DNA of 64,000 nucleotides, from assembly GCF_965223715.1 (NCBI RefSeq), contig NZ_OZ245012.1, forward strand, positions 97,369 through 161,368, written 5' to 3'. The notes below the pieces were generated by a model. It worked only from the letters and a program-made list of their open reading frames with translations. It was not told the DNA's origin and ran no database searches. The position numbers and the translations under genes are program-made. This document shows, in pieces, positions 19,278 through 28,179 of this stretch (the stretch's first letter is position 1; each line of letters starts with the position of its first letter). Origin of the DNA: Thalassobaculum sp. (GTDB taxonomy: Bacteria; Pseudomonadota; Alphaproteobacteria; Thalassobaculales; Thalassobaculaceae).

Positions 19278-20831
19278 CTCGACCTCCCGATGGGACGTGT
19301 TGCCGCGCAACGGCCCCCGGCCCAGGCGCCCGGCCGCCCGGACGATCCGAGGCCCCATGCGGTGGTGATCGGCGCCGGGTTTGGTGGGCTCGCCGCGGCG
19401 GTGCGGCTCGGCGCCCGCGGTTATCGGGTGACGGTTCTCGAAAAGCTCGATGCCCCCGGCGGCCGGGCTTCGGTGTTCCGGCAGGACGGCTTCACCTTCG
19501 ATGCCGGGCCGACCATCATCACCGTGCCCCATGTCTTCGAGGAATTGTGGAGCCTCGCCGGGCGCCGGATGTCCGACGATATCGACCTGCGGGAACTCGA
19601 CCCGTTCTACCGCATCGCCCTCGCCGACGGACGGTACATCGATGTCTGCCGCGACGAGGACCTGATGCGGCAACGGGTGGAGGCGCTGTTCCCCGGGGAG
19701 GGTGCGGGCTTCATCCGGTTCCAGGCGGAGTGCCGCCGGCTCTGCGATCTCGCCTTTCTCGGCCATGGCGACCAGCCGATGCACGACCCGCTCGGAATGG
19801 CGAAGCTGGCCCCGGACCTGCTGACCCATGGGGCGCTGCGTTCGGTACACGGGCTGGCGGCGAAGCATGTGCGCGATCCCGACCTGCGGGCCATCCTCAG
19901 CTTCCATCCGCTGCTAATCGGCGGCAATCCGTTCCGCACCACGGCGGTCTATGCCCTGATCCCGGAGCTGGAGCGGCGCTGGGGCGTGCATTTCGCCATG
20001 GGCGGCACCGGCGCCCTGGTGACTGGGCTGGCGGGGCTGATCGTGGGCCAGGGCGGGGCCCTGCGCTGCGGCGAGGAGATCGACGAGATCGTCACCAGCG
20101 GCCGCCGGGCGGTCGGGGTCCGGCTCGCCTCGGGCGAGACCGTCGCGGCCGATCTGGTCGTCTCCAACGCCGATCCCGGCTGGACCTACGGACATCTGCT
20201 GCGGCGCACCGCCCGTCGCCGGTGGAGCGACCGCCGCATCGGGCGGACGCGGTACTCCATGAGCCTGTTCGTCTGGTATTTCGGCACCGACCGGCGCTAC
20301 GAGGACGTCCCCCATCACAGCATCCTGCTCGGCCCGCGCTACCGCGGCCTGCTGGACGACATCTTCCGGCGCCGGGTGCTGGCCGAGGATTTCAGCCTGT
20401 ACCTGCACCGGCCGACGGCCACCGACCCCTCCCTGGCGCCGCCCGGGCACGACGCCTTCTATGTGCTGTCGCCGGTCCCGAACCTGAGGGCCGACATCGA
20501 CTGGGAGGCGGCGGCCGAGCCCTATCGCCGGCGCATCGAGGCGCATCTGTCCGCCACCGTCCTCCCTGGTCTGGAGAAGGCGGTGGTGAGTTCGCGGATG
20601 GTCACGCCGTCCTATTTCCGCGACAGCCTGAACACGCCGCTGGGCGCCGGCTTCTCCCTGCAGCCGCTGCTGACCCAGAGCGCCTGGTTCCGCCCACACA
20701 ACCGGTCGGAGGAGGTGGAGCGGCTGTATCTTGTCGGCGCGGGGACCCATCCCGGTGCCGGCGTGCCCGGCGTGCTGTGCTCGGCCAAGATCCTCGACGC
20801 GGTGGTGCCCCATGCCGACGCGCTCCGCTGA
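19269..20831 (+). CDS. crtI: Phytoene desaturase CrtI
   Basis: 520 aa. VVIGAGFGGLAAAVRL FAD fold and the C-terminal LYLVGAGTHPGAGVPGV motif. Confidence 0.93.
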   Translation: MDTLDLPMGRVAAQRPPAQAPGRPDDPRPHAVVIGAGFGGLAAAVRLGARGYRVTVLEKLDAPGGRASVFRQDGFTFDAGPTIITVPHVFEELWSLAGRRMSDDIDLRELDPFYRIALADGRYIDVCRDEDLMRQRVEALFPGEGAGFIRFQAECRRLCDLAFLGHGDQPMHDPLGMAKLAPDLLTHGALRSVHGLAAKHVRDPDLRAILSFHPLLIGGNPFRTTAVYALIPELERRWGVHFAMGGTGALVTGLAGLIVGQGGALRCGEEIDEIVTSGRRAVGVRLASGETVAADLVVSNADPGWTYGHLLRRTARRRWSDRRIGRTRYSMSLFVWYFGTDRRYEDVPHHSILLGPRYRGLLDDIFRRRVLAEDFSLYLHRPTATDPSLAPPGHDAFYVLSPVPNLRADIDWEAAAEPYRRRIEAHLSATVLPGLEKAVVSSRMVTPSYFRDSLNTPLGAGFSLQPLLTQSAWFRPHNRSEEVERLYLVGAGTHPGAGVPGVLCSAKILDAVVPHADALR

Positions 20832-21888
20832 CGCCGCGCGGGAGGCGGCCGACCGCCTGGCCTGCCGCGCGCTGATCGCCCAGGGATCGCGCAGTTTCCA
20901 CGCCGCCTCGCGCCTGCTGCCGGGCTCGGTCGCCGAGCCGGCCCTGGCGCTCTATGCCTTCTGCCGTACCGCCGACGACGCGGTCGACGAGGCCGATCCG
21001 GGCCGGGTCGAGGCGGCGGTGGACTCGGTGCGCCGGCGGCTCGACGCCATCTATGCCGGGCGGCCGGCGGACAATCCCGTCGACCGTGCCTTTGCCCGGG
21101 TGGTCGCGCGCGTTGCCCTGCCGCGGGCCTTGCCAGACGCGCTGGTGGAGGGCTTCGCCTGGGACGCGCTCGGGCGCGACTACGAGACCATCGACGAGCT
21201 GCGGGCCTACGGCGCCCGGGTGGCGGGCAGCGTGGGTGCAATGATGACGTTGCTGATGGGCGCGCGGTCGGGCCCGGTGATCGCCCGCGCGGCCGATCTG
21301 GGGGTGGCGATGCAGCTCACCAACATCGCCCGTGACATCGGCGCCGACGCCCGGGCCGGCCGGCTCTATCTGCCCAAGCAGTGGATGCGCGAGGCCGGGA
21401 TCGATCCCGAGGCTTGGCGGGCGGAGCCGCGCCACGACGAGGCGCTGGGCGAGGTGGTACGCCGGCTGCTGGCGGAGGCGGACCGGCTCTACAGCCGCTC
21501 CCATGCCGGGATCGGGCAGTTGCCGATCGGCTGCCGAACCGGGGTGCGGGCGGCCCATCTGCTCTATGCCGAGATCGGCCGGGAGGTGGCGCGGCGCGGC
21601 CATAACGGGGTGGACGGCCGAGCCGTGGTCGGCCGCCGCCGCAAGCTCTGGCTGCTGGCCGGCGCCCTGCTCTCCGGCCAGCGGATCATGCCCGGCCTGC
21701 GGGCCGAGCCGCTGGCCGAGACCCGGTTCCTGGTGGAGGCGGTGGAGACGAGCCCGGCCCCCCGTCCGCAGCCGGGAAGAACCTTCGGCGAGCGTGCGGT
21801 CTGGACGACCGACCTGGTCATGCGCCTGGAACGGGGGGATCGGCGCCCTAGATCAGTACCGGCGGGGGCACCGCTCGGTCAGGTCTGA
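20812..21888 (+). CDS. crtB: Phytoene synthase CrtB
   Basis: Internal ATG of track ORF 20731-21888, overlapping the crtI end by 20 nt. GSRSFHAASRLLP, YAFCRTADDAVDE, NIARDIGADA motifs. Confidence 0.9.
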   Translation: MPTRSADAAREAADRLACRALIAQGSRSFHAASRLLPGSVAEPALALYAFCRTADDAVDEADPGRVEAAVDSVRRRLDAIYAGRPADNPVDRAFARVVARVALPRALPDALVEGFAWDALGRDYETIDELRAYGARVAGSVGAMMTLLMGARSGPVIARAADLGVAMQLTNIARDIGADARAGRLYLPKQWMREAGIDPEAWRAEPRHDEALGEVVRRLLAEADRLYSRSHAGIGQLPIGCRTGVRAAHLLYAEIGREVARRGHNGVDGRAVVGRRRKLWLLAGALLSGQRIMPGLRAEPLAETRFLVEAVETSPAPRPQPGRTFGERAVWTTDLVMRLERGDRRPRSVPAGAPLGQV

Positions 21889-21900
21889 GGGAGATACCGG

Positions 21901-22374
21901 TTGTTCGATCCTGCCCTGCTCGTCTTCATCGCCGCCTGCACGGCCGCGGCCCTCACGGGCGTCTTCTTCAAGCCGGGCCAGTGGTACGAGCAGCTTGCCA
22001 AGCCGCCGTGGCGTCCGCCGAACTGGCTGTTCGGCCCTGCCTGGACGGTGCTCTACGCGATGATCGCGGTCTCCGGCTGGCTGGTCTGGAAGGTTGGAAC
22101 CTGGCCGGCCATGGCCCCGGCGATGGCGCTTTACGCCACTCAGCTTTTGCTGAATGCCGTCTGGACGCCGCTGTTCTTCGGCTTGCGGCGCCCGGATCTC
22201 GCCTTCTACGAGCTGCTGCTGCTGTGGCTGGCGATCCTGGCCACTATCGTCGCCTTCCTGCCGATCTCCGGGCTCGCGGCCGGACTGCTGGTGCCTTATC
22301 TGGCCTGGGTGAGTTTCGCCGGGGCGCTGAACCTCAGCATCGTGCGTCTGAACCCGGGCGAGGCGAGGGGGTAG
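21901..22374 (+). CDS. tspO: Tryptophan-rich sensory protein TspO (CrtK)
   Basis: 157 aa (TTG start). PPWRPPNWLFGPAWTVLY and five hydrophobic helices. Confidence 0.9.
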   Translation: MFDPALLVFIAACTAAALTGVFFKPGQWYEQLAKPPWRPPNWLFGPAWTVLYAMIAVSGWLVWKVGTWPAMAPAMALYATQLLLNAVWTPLFFGLRRPDLAFYELLLLWLAILATIVAFLPISGLAAGLLVPYLAWVSFAGALNLSIVRLNPGEARG

Positions 22375-22378
22375 GGCG

Positions 22379-22537
22379 ATGTCCTCGGACATGCTGGCGC
22401 TGATCGAGCCACTCTTCATCGTCGTGGTCGCGTTCGGGATCGGCTTCTGGCAGCTCCGGGAGCTGAACCAGCTCAAGCGGGAGCGCGAGCGGCGCGAACG
22501 CGAGGCGGCGCGCGAGGACAAGACGGAGCCCTGCTGA
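22379..22537 (+). CDS. Candidate 52-aa single-pass membrane protein with a charged tail
   Basis: Too short for the ORF track. My translation is MSSDMLALIEPLFIVVVAFGIGFWQLRELNQLKRERERREREAAREDKTEPC. Nearly every codon ends in G/C. GAGGGGG sits about 10 nt upstream. Starts 4 nt after the tspO stop. Confidence 0.5.
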   Translation: MSSDMLALIEPLFIVVVAFGIGFWQLRELNQLKRERERREREAAREDKTEPC

Positions 22538-22540
22538 CCG

Positions 22541-23755
22541 TCAGGGCCGGCGCGAGGTCCAGCGCGGCATGCGGAACGGCAGCATCAGCTTGACGACCGG
22601 GTTTGCGAAGCGGTCCAGGTCCAGGCTCTCGTGGATCGCCACCGACACCTGTCCGCCCAGGCGCAGTTCCAGCATCTCGCGGGTGTAGAAGGGGCTGTCC
22701 TCCAGGACCCGGCGGATGGCGGCGCCGTTCGTGGTGTCCGCCCGGCTGTTCCGCCGCACGCCCCAGAACCCGTCGGGCAGGCAGATCTGCGGCGGCGGCA
22801 CGATTTCCTCCACGCCGCCGCCGGCATCGAAACGCAGGGCCATGCGCAGGTCGCTGCCGTCCCGGCGCTGGGCGTCGTAGAGCACCACGGCGCTTCCGTC
22901 CTTGCGCAGCCGAGACCAGTCCCAGCGCCGAAACCCGTCCTCGAGCGGCTCGTCCCCCCGGTTCGCGTCCAGATAGGCGTGGCCCCGCCAGCGGGCCTGC
23001 GGTCGGTCGAGCTCCACGGAGATGCGGGCCAGCGGGGCGATCGGCTGCCAGACATGCCGGCCGGCCGGATCGAGCGGGAACGCGCGGCCGGGCAGTGCCT
23101 CGGGCGTCAGGGTGACGGTGCCGCGGATCGGGGTCATGTGCGGTGTGGCCCGCTCGTCTAGCTGGATGATCAGCTCGCTGCCCGACCAGTGCAGGGAGGA
23201 GCCGGCGAGGGAGAAGCGGTCCGCCGTGCGCGTGAGGTCGGCGCGACCGCGCTCGGTCATCGCCCAGCGGTCCGACTCGGCGCCGTACAGGGCGACGTTG
23301 ACCGCGCAGTGGTTCTCCGGATCCCGACGGCCGGCCCAGGCGTAGTAGGGCGAGAACACGCTGCCGACGAAGGCGATGATGGTCAGTCCGCAGGTCCCGT
23401 CGTCGCTGATCGCATCGACATACCACCAGGCATAGCCACCCGGCGGGACCGGCTGCGCGAAGTCAGGTCCGCCAGGATCCGATCGGCCGCCTGCCGTCCC
23501 GACAGCGCCGCCATCGCGATCCCCGGTCCCGGATGCACGCTGCCCCCCGCCAGGTACAGGCCCGGCACGCGGGTCCGGGCGCCGTTCCTCTCGAACGCCG
23601 CCCGCCAGCCGTGGCCCGCCGGTCCGTAGATCGCGCCCCCCGTGCCGGGAAAGCGCCGGGCGAAATCGGCGGGCGTCGTCACGACCGTGCGTTCCGGCGT
23701 CGCGGCGAGTCTCAGGCCGCACCGCGCCAGCAGATCCATCGCGCTGTCCAGGCAT
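22541..23755 (-). CDS. crtC: Carotenoid 1,2-hydratase (hydroxyneurosporene synthase) CrtC; start codon unresolved, maximal ORF given
   Basis: Conserved core starts at FAQPVPPGGYAWWYVDAISDDG..IAFVGSVFSPYY (about 23460 downward). The only in-frame ATG/GTG/TTG upstream are ATG 23755 and GTG 23722, deep inside crtD. Confidence 0.8.
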   Translation of the reverse strand: MPGQRDGSAGAVRPETRRDAGTHGRDDARRFRPALSRHGGRDLRTGGPRLAGGVREERRPDPRAGPVPGGGQRASGTGDRDGGAVGTAGGRSDPGGPDFAQPVPPGGYAWWYVDAISDDGTCGLTIIAFVGSVFSPYYAWAGRRDPENHCAVNVALYGAESDRWAMTERGRADLTRTADRFSLAGSSLHWSGSELIIQLDERATPHMTPIRGTVTLTPEALPGRAFPLDPAGRHVWQPIAPLARISVELDRPQARWRGHAYLDANRGDEPLEDGFRRWDWSRLRKDGSAVVLYDAQRRDGSDLRMALRFDAGGGVEEIVPPPQICLPDGFWGVRRNSRADTTNGAAIRRVLEDSPFYTREMLELRLGGQVSVAIHESLDLDRFANPVVKLMLPFRMPRWTSRRP

Positions 23756-24990
23756 CGCTCGGTCTCCTCATCCTGAAAGTCGTGGCTGTCGCCGGTGGCG
23801 GGGGCGTTGATGATGGCGAACAGCCGCTCGGGCCCGGCCGTGTGCGTTCCGTCGTCCGCATCGCGGTCCTGGGCGCAGACATAGACGGTCGGCTGGCGCG
23901 GCAGGCGGCGGCGGTCGAACAGGTCCTCGAACTCGCCGCGGTAATCCGGGCGGAAGAAGACGTTGTGTCGGGTCAGGGGGAAGCCGTCGGCCTCCGCGAG
24001 CATCGACAGGGTGAGAGCCGACAGGGAGCGCCGCTCGGGCGGCGTGGCCCGCGCGGCTCCCTTTGCCGAAGGACCGAGCAGCCCCCCGGCGAGCGCGCTG
24101 ACATCGCCGCAGAACAGCACGGCGTCGGCCGCAAGGCTCTCGCCGTTGCCCAGCCGGACGCCCGAGGCGGTGCCGCCCTCGGCCAGGACCCGCTCCACCC
24201 CGGTCCCGAAGCGGAACTCGGCGCCCAGCGATCGCGCGACGGCGACGAGGGCTTCGGGCAGGCGGGCCATGCCGCCGTCGATCGTCCACACCCCGGACTG
24301 TTCCACATGGGCGATCAGCATGAGGGTGGCGGGCGCCTCGAAGGGGGAGGCGCCGCAATAGGTGGCGTAGCGGCCATAGAGCTGGCGCAGGCGCGGGTCG
24401 CCGAAGCGCTGGCTGAGCCCCTCCCACAGGGTGGCGAAGGGTTGGGCGGCGACGAGGTCGCGGGCACCCGTCACGCCCCCGGCCAGGCCGAGCCCGATCG
24501 GCGTGGGCCGTGGGCCGCGGATGAACGGCCCTTCCAGCGACCGGTAGACCCGGGCCGCGTGAGTGCAGAAGGCGCGGTACCGGTCGGCCTCCGCCTCACC
24601 GGCGAAATCGGCGATCGCGGCGGCGGACCTTTCGGGATCGGCGAACAGGTCCAGACGCTCGTCCCGGCTCCAGGCGTGGCGGGCCAGGATCTCGGCCGGA
24701 CGCAGGGTGAGATGGGCGTCCAGCGCCACCCCCGCATCGTCGAACAGTTCTTCGAAGACCCAGCGCATGGTGACGACGGTCGGTCCGGAATCCACCGGCC
24801 GATCGTCCACGGGAACCGCCCGGATCTTGCCGCCCGGATGGTCGGCCGCCTCGACGACGGTGACGGCCAGGCCCCGGGCGGCCAGCAGGATGGCCGCGGA
24901 CAGTCCGGCCATCCCCGCACCGATGACGATCACCCGGTCGCTGGCGGGGATCGGATCGGGGGACGTGCGCTTCCAGTCCGGGCGGATCAT
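23383..24990 (-). CDS. crtD: Methoxyneurosporene/hydroxyneurosporene desaturase CrtD
   Basis: Start at ATG 24990 (MIRPDWKRTSPDPIPASDRVIVIGAGMAGLSAA) within track ORF 23383-25389. CrtI-family C-terminus LYLAGGSVHPGPGIAMAALSG. Confidence 0.9.
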   Translation of the reverse strand: MIRPDWKRTSPDPIPASDRVIVIGAGMAGLSAAILLAARGLAVTVVEAADHPGGKIRAVPVDDRPVDSGPTVVTMRWVFEELFDDAGVALDAHLTLRPAEILARHAWSRDERLDLFADPERSAAAIADFAGEAEADRYRAFCTHAARVYRSLEGPFIRGPRPTPIGLGLAGGVTGARDLVAAQPFATLWEGLSQRFGDPRLRQLYGRYATYCGASPFEAPATLMLIAHVEQSGVWTIDGGMARLPEALVAVARSLGAEFRFGTGVERVLAEGGTASGVRLGNGESLAADAVLFCGDVSALAGGLLGPSAKGAARATPPERRSLSALTLSMLAEADGFPLTRHNVFFRPDYRGEFEDLFDRRRLPRQPTVYVCAQDRDADDGTHTAGPERLFAIINAPATGDSHDFQDEETERCLDSAMDLLARCGLRLAATPERTVVTTPADFARRFPGTGGAIYGPAGHGWRAAFERNGARTRVPGLYLAGGSVHPGPGIAMAALSGRQAADRILADLTSRSRSRRVAMPGGMSMRSATTGPAD

Positions 24991-25027
24991 GGGATCGCAA
25001 TCGTTCGTTGCCGGGAGATTCACTGTG

Positions 25028-25071
25028 TGTATAGAATATATAACAACAAAATATGTCCAATATAATTTACA
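25028..25071. promoter_or_regulatory. Pair of TGT-N12-ACA palindromes 8 bp apart (PpsR/CrtJ-type operator) in the crtD / crtE divergent region
   Basis: TGTATAGAATATATAACA (25028-25045), 8-bp spacer, TGTCCAATATAATTTACA (25054-25071). The second embeds TATAAT at 25061-25066. Confidence 0.75.
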
Positions 25072-25095
25072 CATGAATACGCGAGGGAGGCGGAG

Positions 25096-25965
25096 ATGGA
25101 CATCAGGCTCAGGATTGAGCAGGCCCTCGAGGCGGCGGTGTCGGTGGGAGAAACCCAGGAGGCGCCTCCCGGATTGGCCGCGGCCATCCGCTATGCCGTG
25201 TTCCCGGCCGGTCACCGGATCCGTCCCCGCATCCTGCTCGGCGTCGCCGCGGCCTGCGGGGACGACGACCCGGGGGTGAGCGACGCGGCGGCGGCGGCGA
25301 TCGAGCTGCTGCATTGCGCGTCCCTGGCCCATGACGACCTTCCGGCCTTCGACGGCGCGTCGACCCGGCGCGGCAAGCCGTCGCTGCACCGGGCCTATGG
25401 CGAGCCGCTGGCCGTGCTGACCGGGGACGCGCTGATCGTCATGGCCTTCGAGACATTGGCCCGGGAAGCCGCATCACGGCCCGAGCGACTCGCCCCGCTG
25501 GTCGCCGCCGTGGGGCGCGCCGTCGGCACGCCCGGCGGGATCTGCGCCGGCCAGGCCTGGGAGGGCGAGGCGAAGATCGACCTGACCGCCTATCAGCGGG
25601 CGAAGACCGGCGCACTGTTCGCCGGTGCCGCCGCCGCCGGAGCGATCGCCGCCGGCCGGCCGGGGGATCCCTGGATGGCCTTCGGCAATGGCTTGGGGCA
25701 GGCCTATCAGGTGGCGGACGACATCTGCGACCTGATCGCCGACCCAGAGGTGATCGGCAAGCCGGTCGGCCAGGACCAGGCCCATGCACGTCCCAATGCC
25801 GCCCGCGAACTCGGCCTCGACGGGGCGAAGAAGTGGCTGGGCGAACTGATGCGCCGGGCCATCGCGTCGATTCCCGACTGCCCGGGTCGCGACGGTCTGT
25901 GCGAGATGGTCATGGCCGAAGGCGGCAAGATCCTGCCCAAGGGCGCGGTCCGGCACGCCGCCTGA
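25096..25965 (+). CDS. crtE: Geranylgeranyl diphosphate synthase CrtE
   Basis: 289 aa. LLHCASLAHDDLPAFD (first DDxxD) and YQVADDICD (second). Confidence 0.92.
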   Translation: MDIRLRIEQALEAAVSVGETQEAPPGLAAAIRYAVFPAGHRIRPRILLGVAAACGDDDPGVSDAAAAAIELLHCASLAHDDLPAFDGASTRRGKPSLHRAYGEPLAVLTGDALIVMAFETLAREAASRPERLAPLVAAVGRAVGTPGGICAGQAWEGEAKIDLTAYQRAKTGALFAGAAAAGAIAAGRPGDPWMAFGNGLGQAYQVADDICDLIADPEVIGKPVGQDQAHARPNAARELGLDGAKKWLGELMRRAIASIPDCPGRDGLCEMVMAEGGKILPKGAVRHAA

Positions 25966-25977
25966 CGGCGGCCGACC

Positions 25978-27126
25978 ATGGCCGATCACCCCGCACCGGC
26001 GGTGCTCCCTGGGATGCGGTCCCTGTACGAGCGCTGGCAGGGGCTGCGGGTCCGGCTGATCGCCGATCCGCGCTTCCAGCGCTTCGCCAGCGGCTTCCCG
26101 CTCACCCGGTGGATCGCCCGGCGCAAGGGACGGGCGCTGTTCGATCTCTGCGCCGGCTTCGTCTACTCTCAGATCCTCGTCGCCTTTGTCCGGCTCCGCA
26201 TCGCCGAGAGGATGGCGGGAAGACCGCGTACCGTCTCCGACCTTGCCGACAAGACCGGCCTCGCCCCCGACGCGGTGGAGCGGCTGCTACGGGCGTCCAG
26301 TGCCCTGGGCCTGACTCGGCGCTGCGGCGAGGGTGTCTACGGTCTTGCGGACCTGGGTGCCGCCCTGCTCGGCAATGCCGGCGTGGCGGAGATGATCGAG
26401 CATCACGCCGCCCTCTATGCCGACCTGGCGGATCCCGCCGCATTGCTGCGGGGCGGGGCGGGTGAGGCGGCGCTGGAGCGGTACTGGGGCTATGGCACCA
26501 CGGAACAGGCGGCCGGGCTGAGCGGCGAGCGGGTCGGGGCCTATAGCGAGCTCATGGCCGCTTCGGTCCCGATGATCGCCGAGGACGTGCTGGACGCCTA
26601 TCCGATGGGACGTCACCGGCGGCTGATGGATATCGGCGGCGGCAGCGGTCGGTTCCTGGCCGCCGCCCTGCACCGCACCCCCGCCCTAAGGGGTCTGGTG
26701 CTGGACCTGCCCGCCGTGGCGGAGCTGGCCCGCGACCGTTTCGCGACCGAGGGTCTTGCCGACCGGGCCGAGGCGCGGGGACTCGATTTCCACCGCGAAG
26801 CGTTGCCCGGCGGGGCGGACGTCGTCTCGCTGATCCGGGTCTGCTTCGATCATGACGACATGCGGGTTGCCCGGCTGCTCGAGCGTGCCCGCGCGGCCCT
26901 GGCCCCGGGCGGAAGGCTGTTGCTGGCCGAGGTGATGACCGATGCCGACCGACCCGAGCCGATCGGCGACGCCTATTTCGGATTCTACCTGATGGCCATG
27001 GGCCGCGGCCGCTGCCGCAGCGTGGAGACCCTGCGCGCCATGCTGGCCGCGGCCGGATTCCGCACGGTGCGGGAACTGCCGATGCGCCGCCCCATGCTGG
27101 CCCGTCTCCTGGTCGCCGACGTGTAA
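25978..27126 (+). CDS. crtF: Demethylspheroidene/hydroxyneurosporene O-methyltransferase CrtF
   Basis: 382 aa. SAM-binding LMDIGGGSGRF. Position crtE-crtF-bchC. Confidence 0.88.
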   Translation: MADHPAPAVLPGMRSLYERWQGLRVRLIADPRFQRFASGFPLTRWIARRKGRALFDLCAGFVYSQILVAFVRLRIAERMAGRPRTVSDLADKTGLAPDAVERLLRASSALGLTRRCGEGVYGLADLGAALLGNAGVAEMIEHHAALYADLADPAALLRGGAGEAALERYWGYGTTEQAAGLSGERVGAYSELMAASVPMIAEDVLDAYPMGRHRRLMDIGGGSGRFLAAALHRTPALRGLVLDLPAVAELARDRFATEGLADRAEARGLDFHREALPGGADVVSLIRVCFDHDDMRVARLLERARAALAPGGRLLLAEVMTDADRPEPIGDAYFGFYLMAMGRGRCRSVETLRAMLAAAGFRTVRELPMRRPMLARLLVADV

Positions 27127-27146
27127 GGCTGATGGTTAAGAAAAGA

Positions 27147-27190
27147 TGTCAAAAAGAATTGACACTCTAAAATGTAAATATAGACTGACA
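27147..27190. promoter_or_regulatory. Pair of TGT-N12-ACA palindromes 8 bp apart upstream of bchC
   Basis: TGTCAAAAAGAATTGACA (27147-27164; embeds TTGACA) plus 8 bp plus TGTAAATATAGACTGACA (27173-27190). AT-rich spacer between crtF and bchC. Confidence 0.78.
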
Positions 27191-27237
27191 ATTCAGATAG
27201 AGCGGATCAAACCCGCCGACCCGGAGGAAACCGTCTG

Positions 27238-28179
27238 ATGCTCTCCGCCCACGCCATCGTCCTCGAACAGCCGGAACGCCTGTCGCTTCGCGCCATCGAG
27301 CTGACCCAGCCCGGTCCGGACGACGTCGTGGTCGATATTGAGTGGACGGGGGTCAGCACCGGCACAGAGCGCCTGCTGTATTCGGGTCAGATGCCGGTGT
27401 TTCCCGGGATGGGATATCCGCTGGTGCCAGGCTACGAGACGGTCGGCCGGATCGCCGGCGGCGCCCGGTCGGGCGAGCGGGTCTTCGTCCCGGGCGCCCA
27501 GTGTTTCGGTGAGATCCGCGGCCTGTTCGGCGGCTCCGCTTCCCGCCTGGTGGTTCCCTCGGCCCGTGCCGTCGCAATCGATGAACACCTGGGCGACCGC
27601 GGCGCGCTGATGGCGCTGGCCGCCACCGCCTACCATGCGATCGCCTCCGGCTCCGGGGCGCTGCCGCAACTGATCGTCGGGCATGGCGTCCTCGGGCGGC
27701 TGATCGCCCGGATCGCCACCGCCCTCGCCGCCGAGCGCGGCGCCGCCGCCCCGGTCGTCTGGGAAACCAACGCCGCACGGCGGGCCGGAGCGGAAGGCTA
27801 CCAGGTCGTTCATCCCATGGACGACGACCGCCGCGACTACGCCGTGATCTGCGACGTCAGCGGCGACTCCGAGATCCTGGACACCGTCATCGCCTGTCTG
27901 GCCCCCGGGGGCGAGATCGTGCTGGCCGGTTTCTACAGCAAGCCCCTGGGCTTCGCCTTCCCGCCAGCCTTCATGCGCGAGGCGCGTATCCGCATTGCCG
28001 CCGAGTGGAAGCCGGCCGACCTCACGGCGGCCGCCGTGCTGATCGCCGACGGAAGGCTGTCCCTGGACGGCCTGATCACCCACCGGATGGAGGCGGGGCA
28101 GGCCGAAAGCGCCTACCGCACCGCCTTCGAGGATCCCGACTGCCTCAAGATGATCATGGATTGGAGAGCGTTCTCATGA
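27238..28179 (+). CDS. bchC: 3-hydroxyethyl bacteriochlorophyllide a dehydrogenase BchC
   Basis: 313 aa, MDR/zinc-ADH-like. First gene of the bchCXYZ block. Confidence 0.9.
   Translation: MLSAHAIVLEQPERLSLRAIELTQPGPDDVVVDIEWTGVSTGTERLLYSGQMPVFPGMGYPLVPGYETVGRIAGGARSGERVFVPGAQCFGEIRGLFGGSASRLVVPSARAVAIDEHLGDRGALMALAATAYHAIASGSGALPQLIVGHGVLGRLIARIATALAAERGAAAPVVWETNAARRAGAEGYQVVHPMDDDRRDYAVICDVSGDSEILDTVIACLAPGGEIVLAGFYSKPLGFAFPPAFMREARIRIAAEWKPADLTAAAVLIADGRLSLDGLITHRMEAGQAESAYRTAFEDPDCLKMIMDWRAFS

Noticed and set aside
23383-23755. Programmed frameshift producing a CrtD-CrtC fusion as an explanation for the missing crtC start.
   Set aside because: CrtD has a complete family-typical C-terminus and its own stop. 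I see no slippery heptamer, so this remains only a remote alternative.
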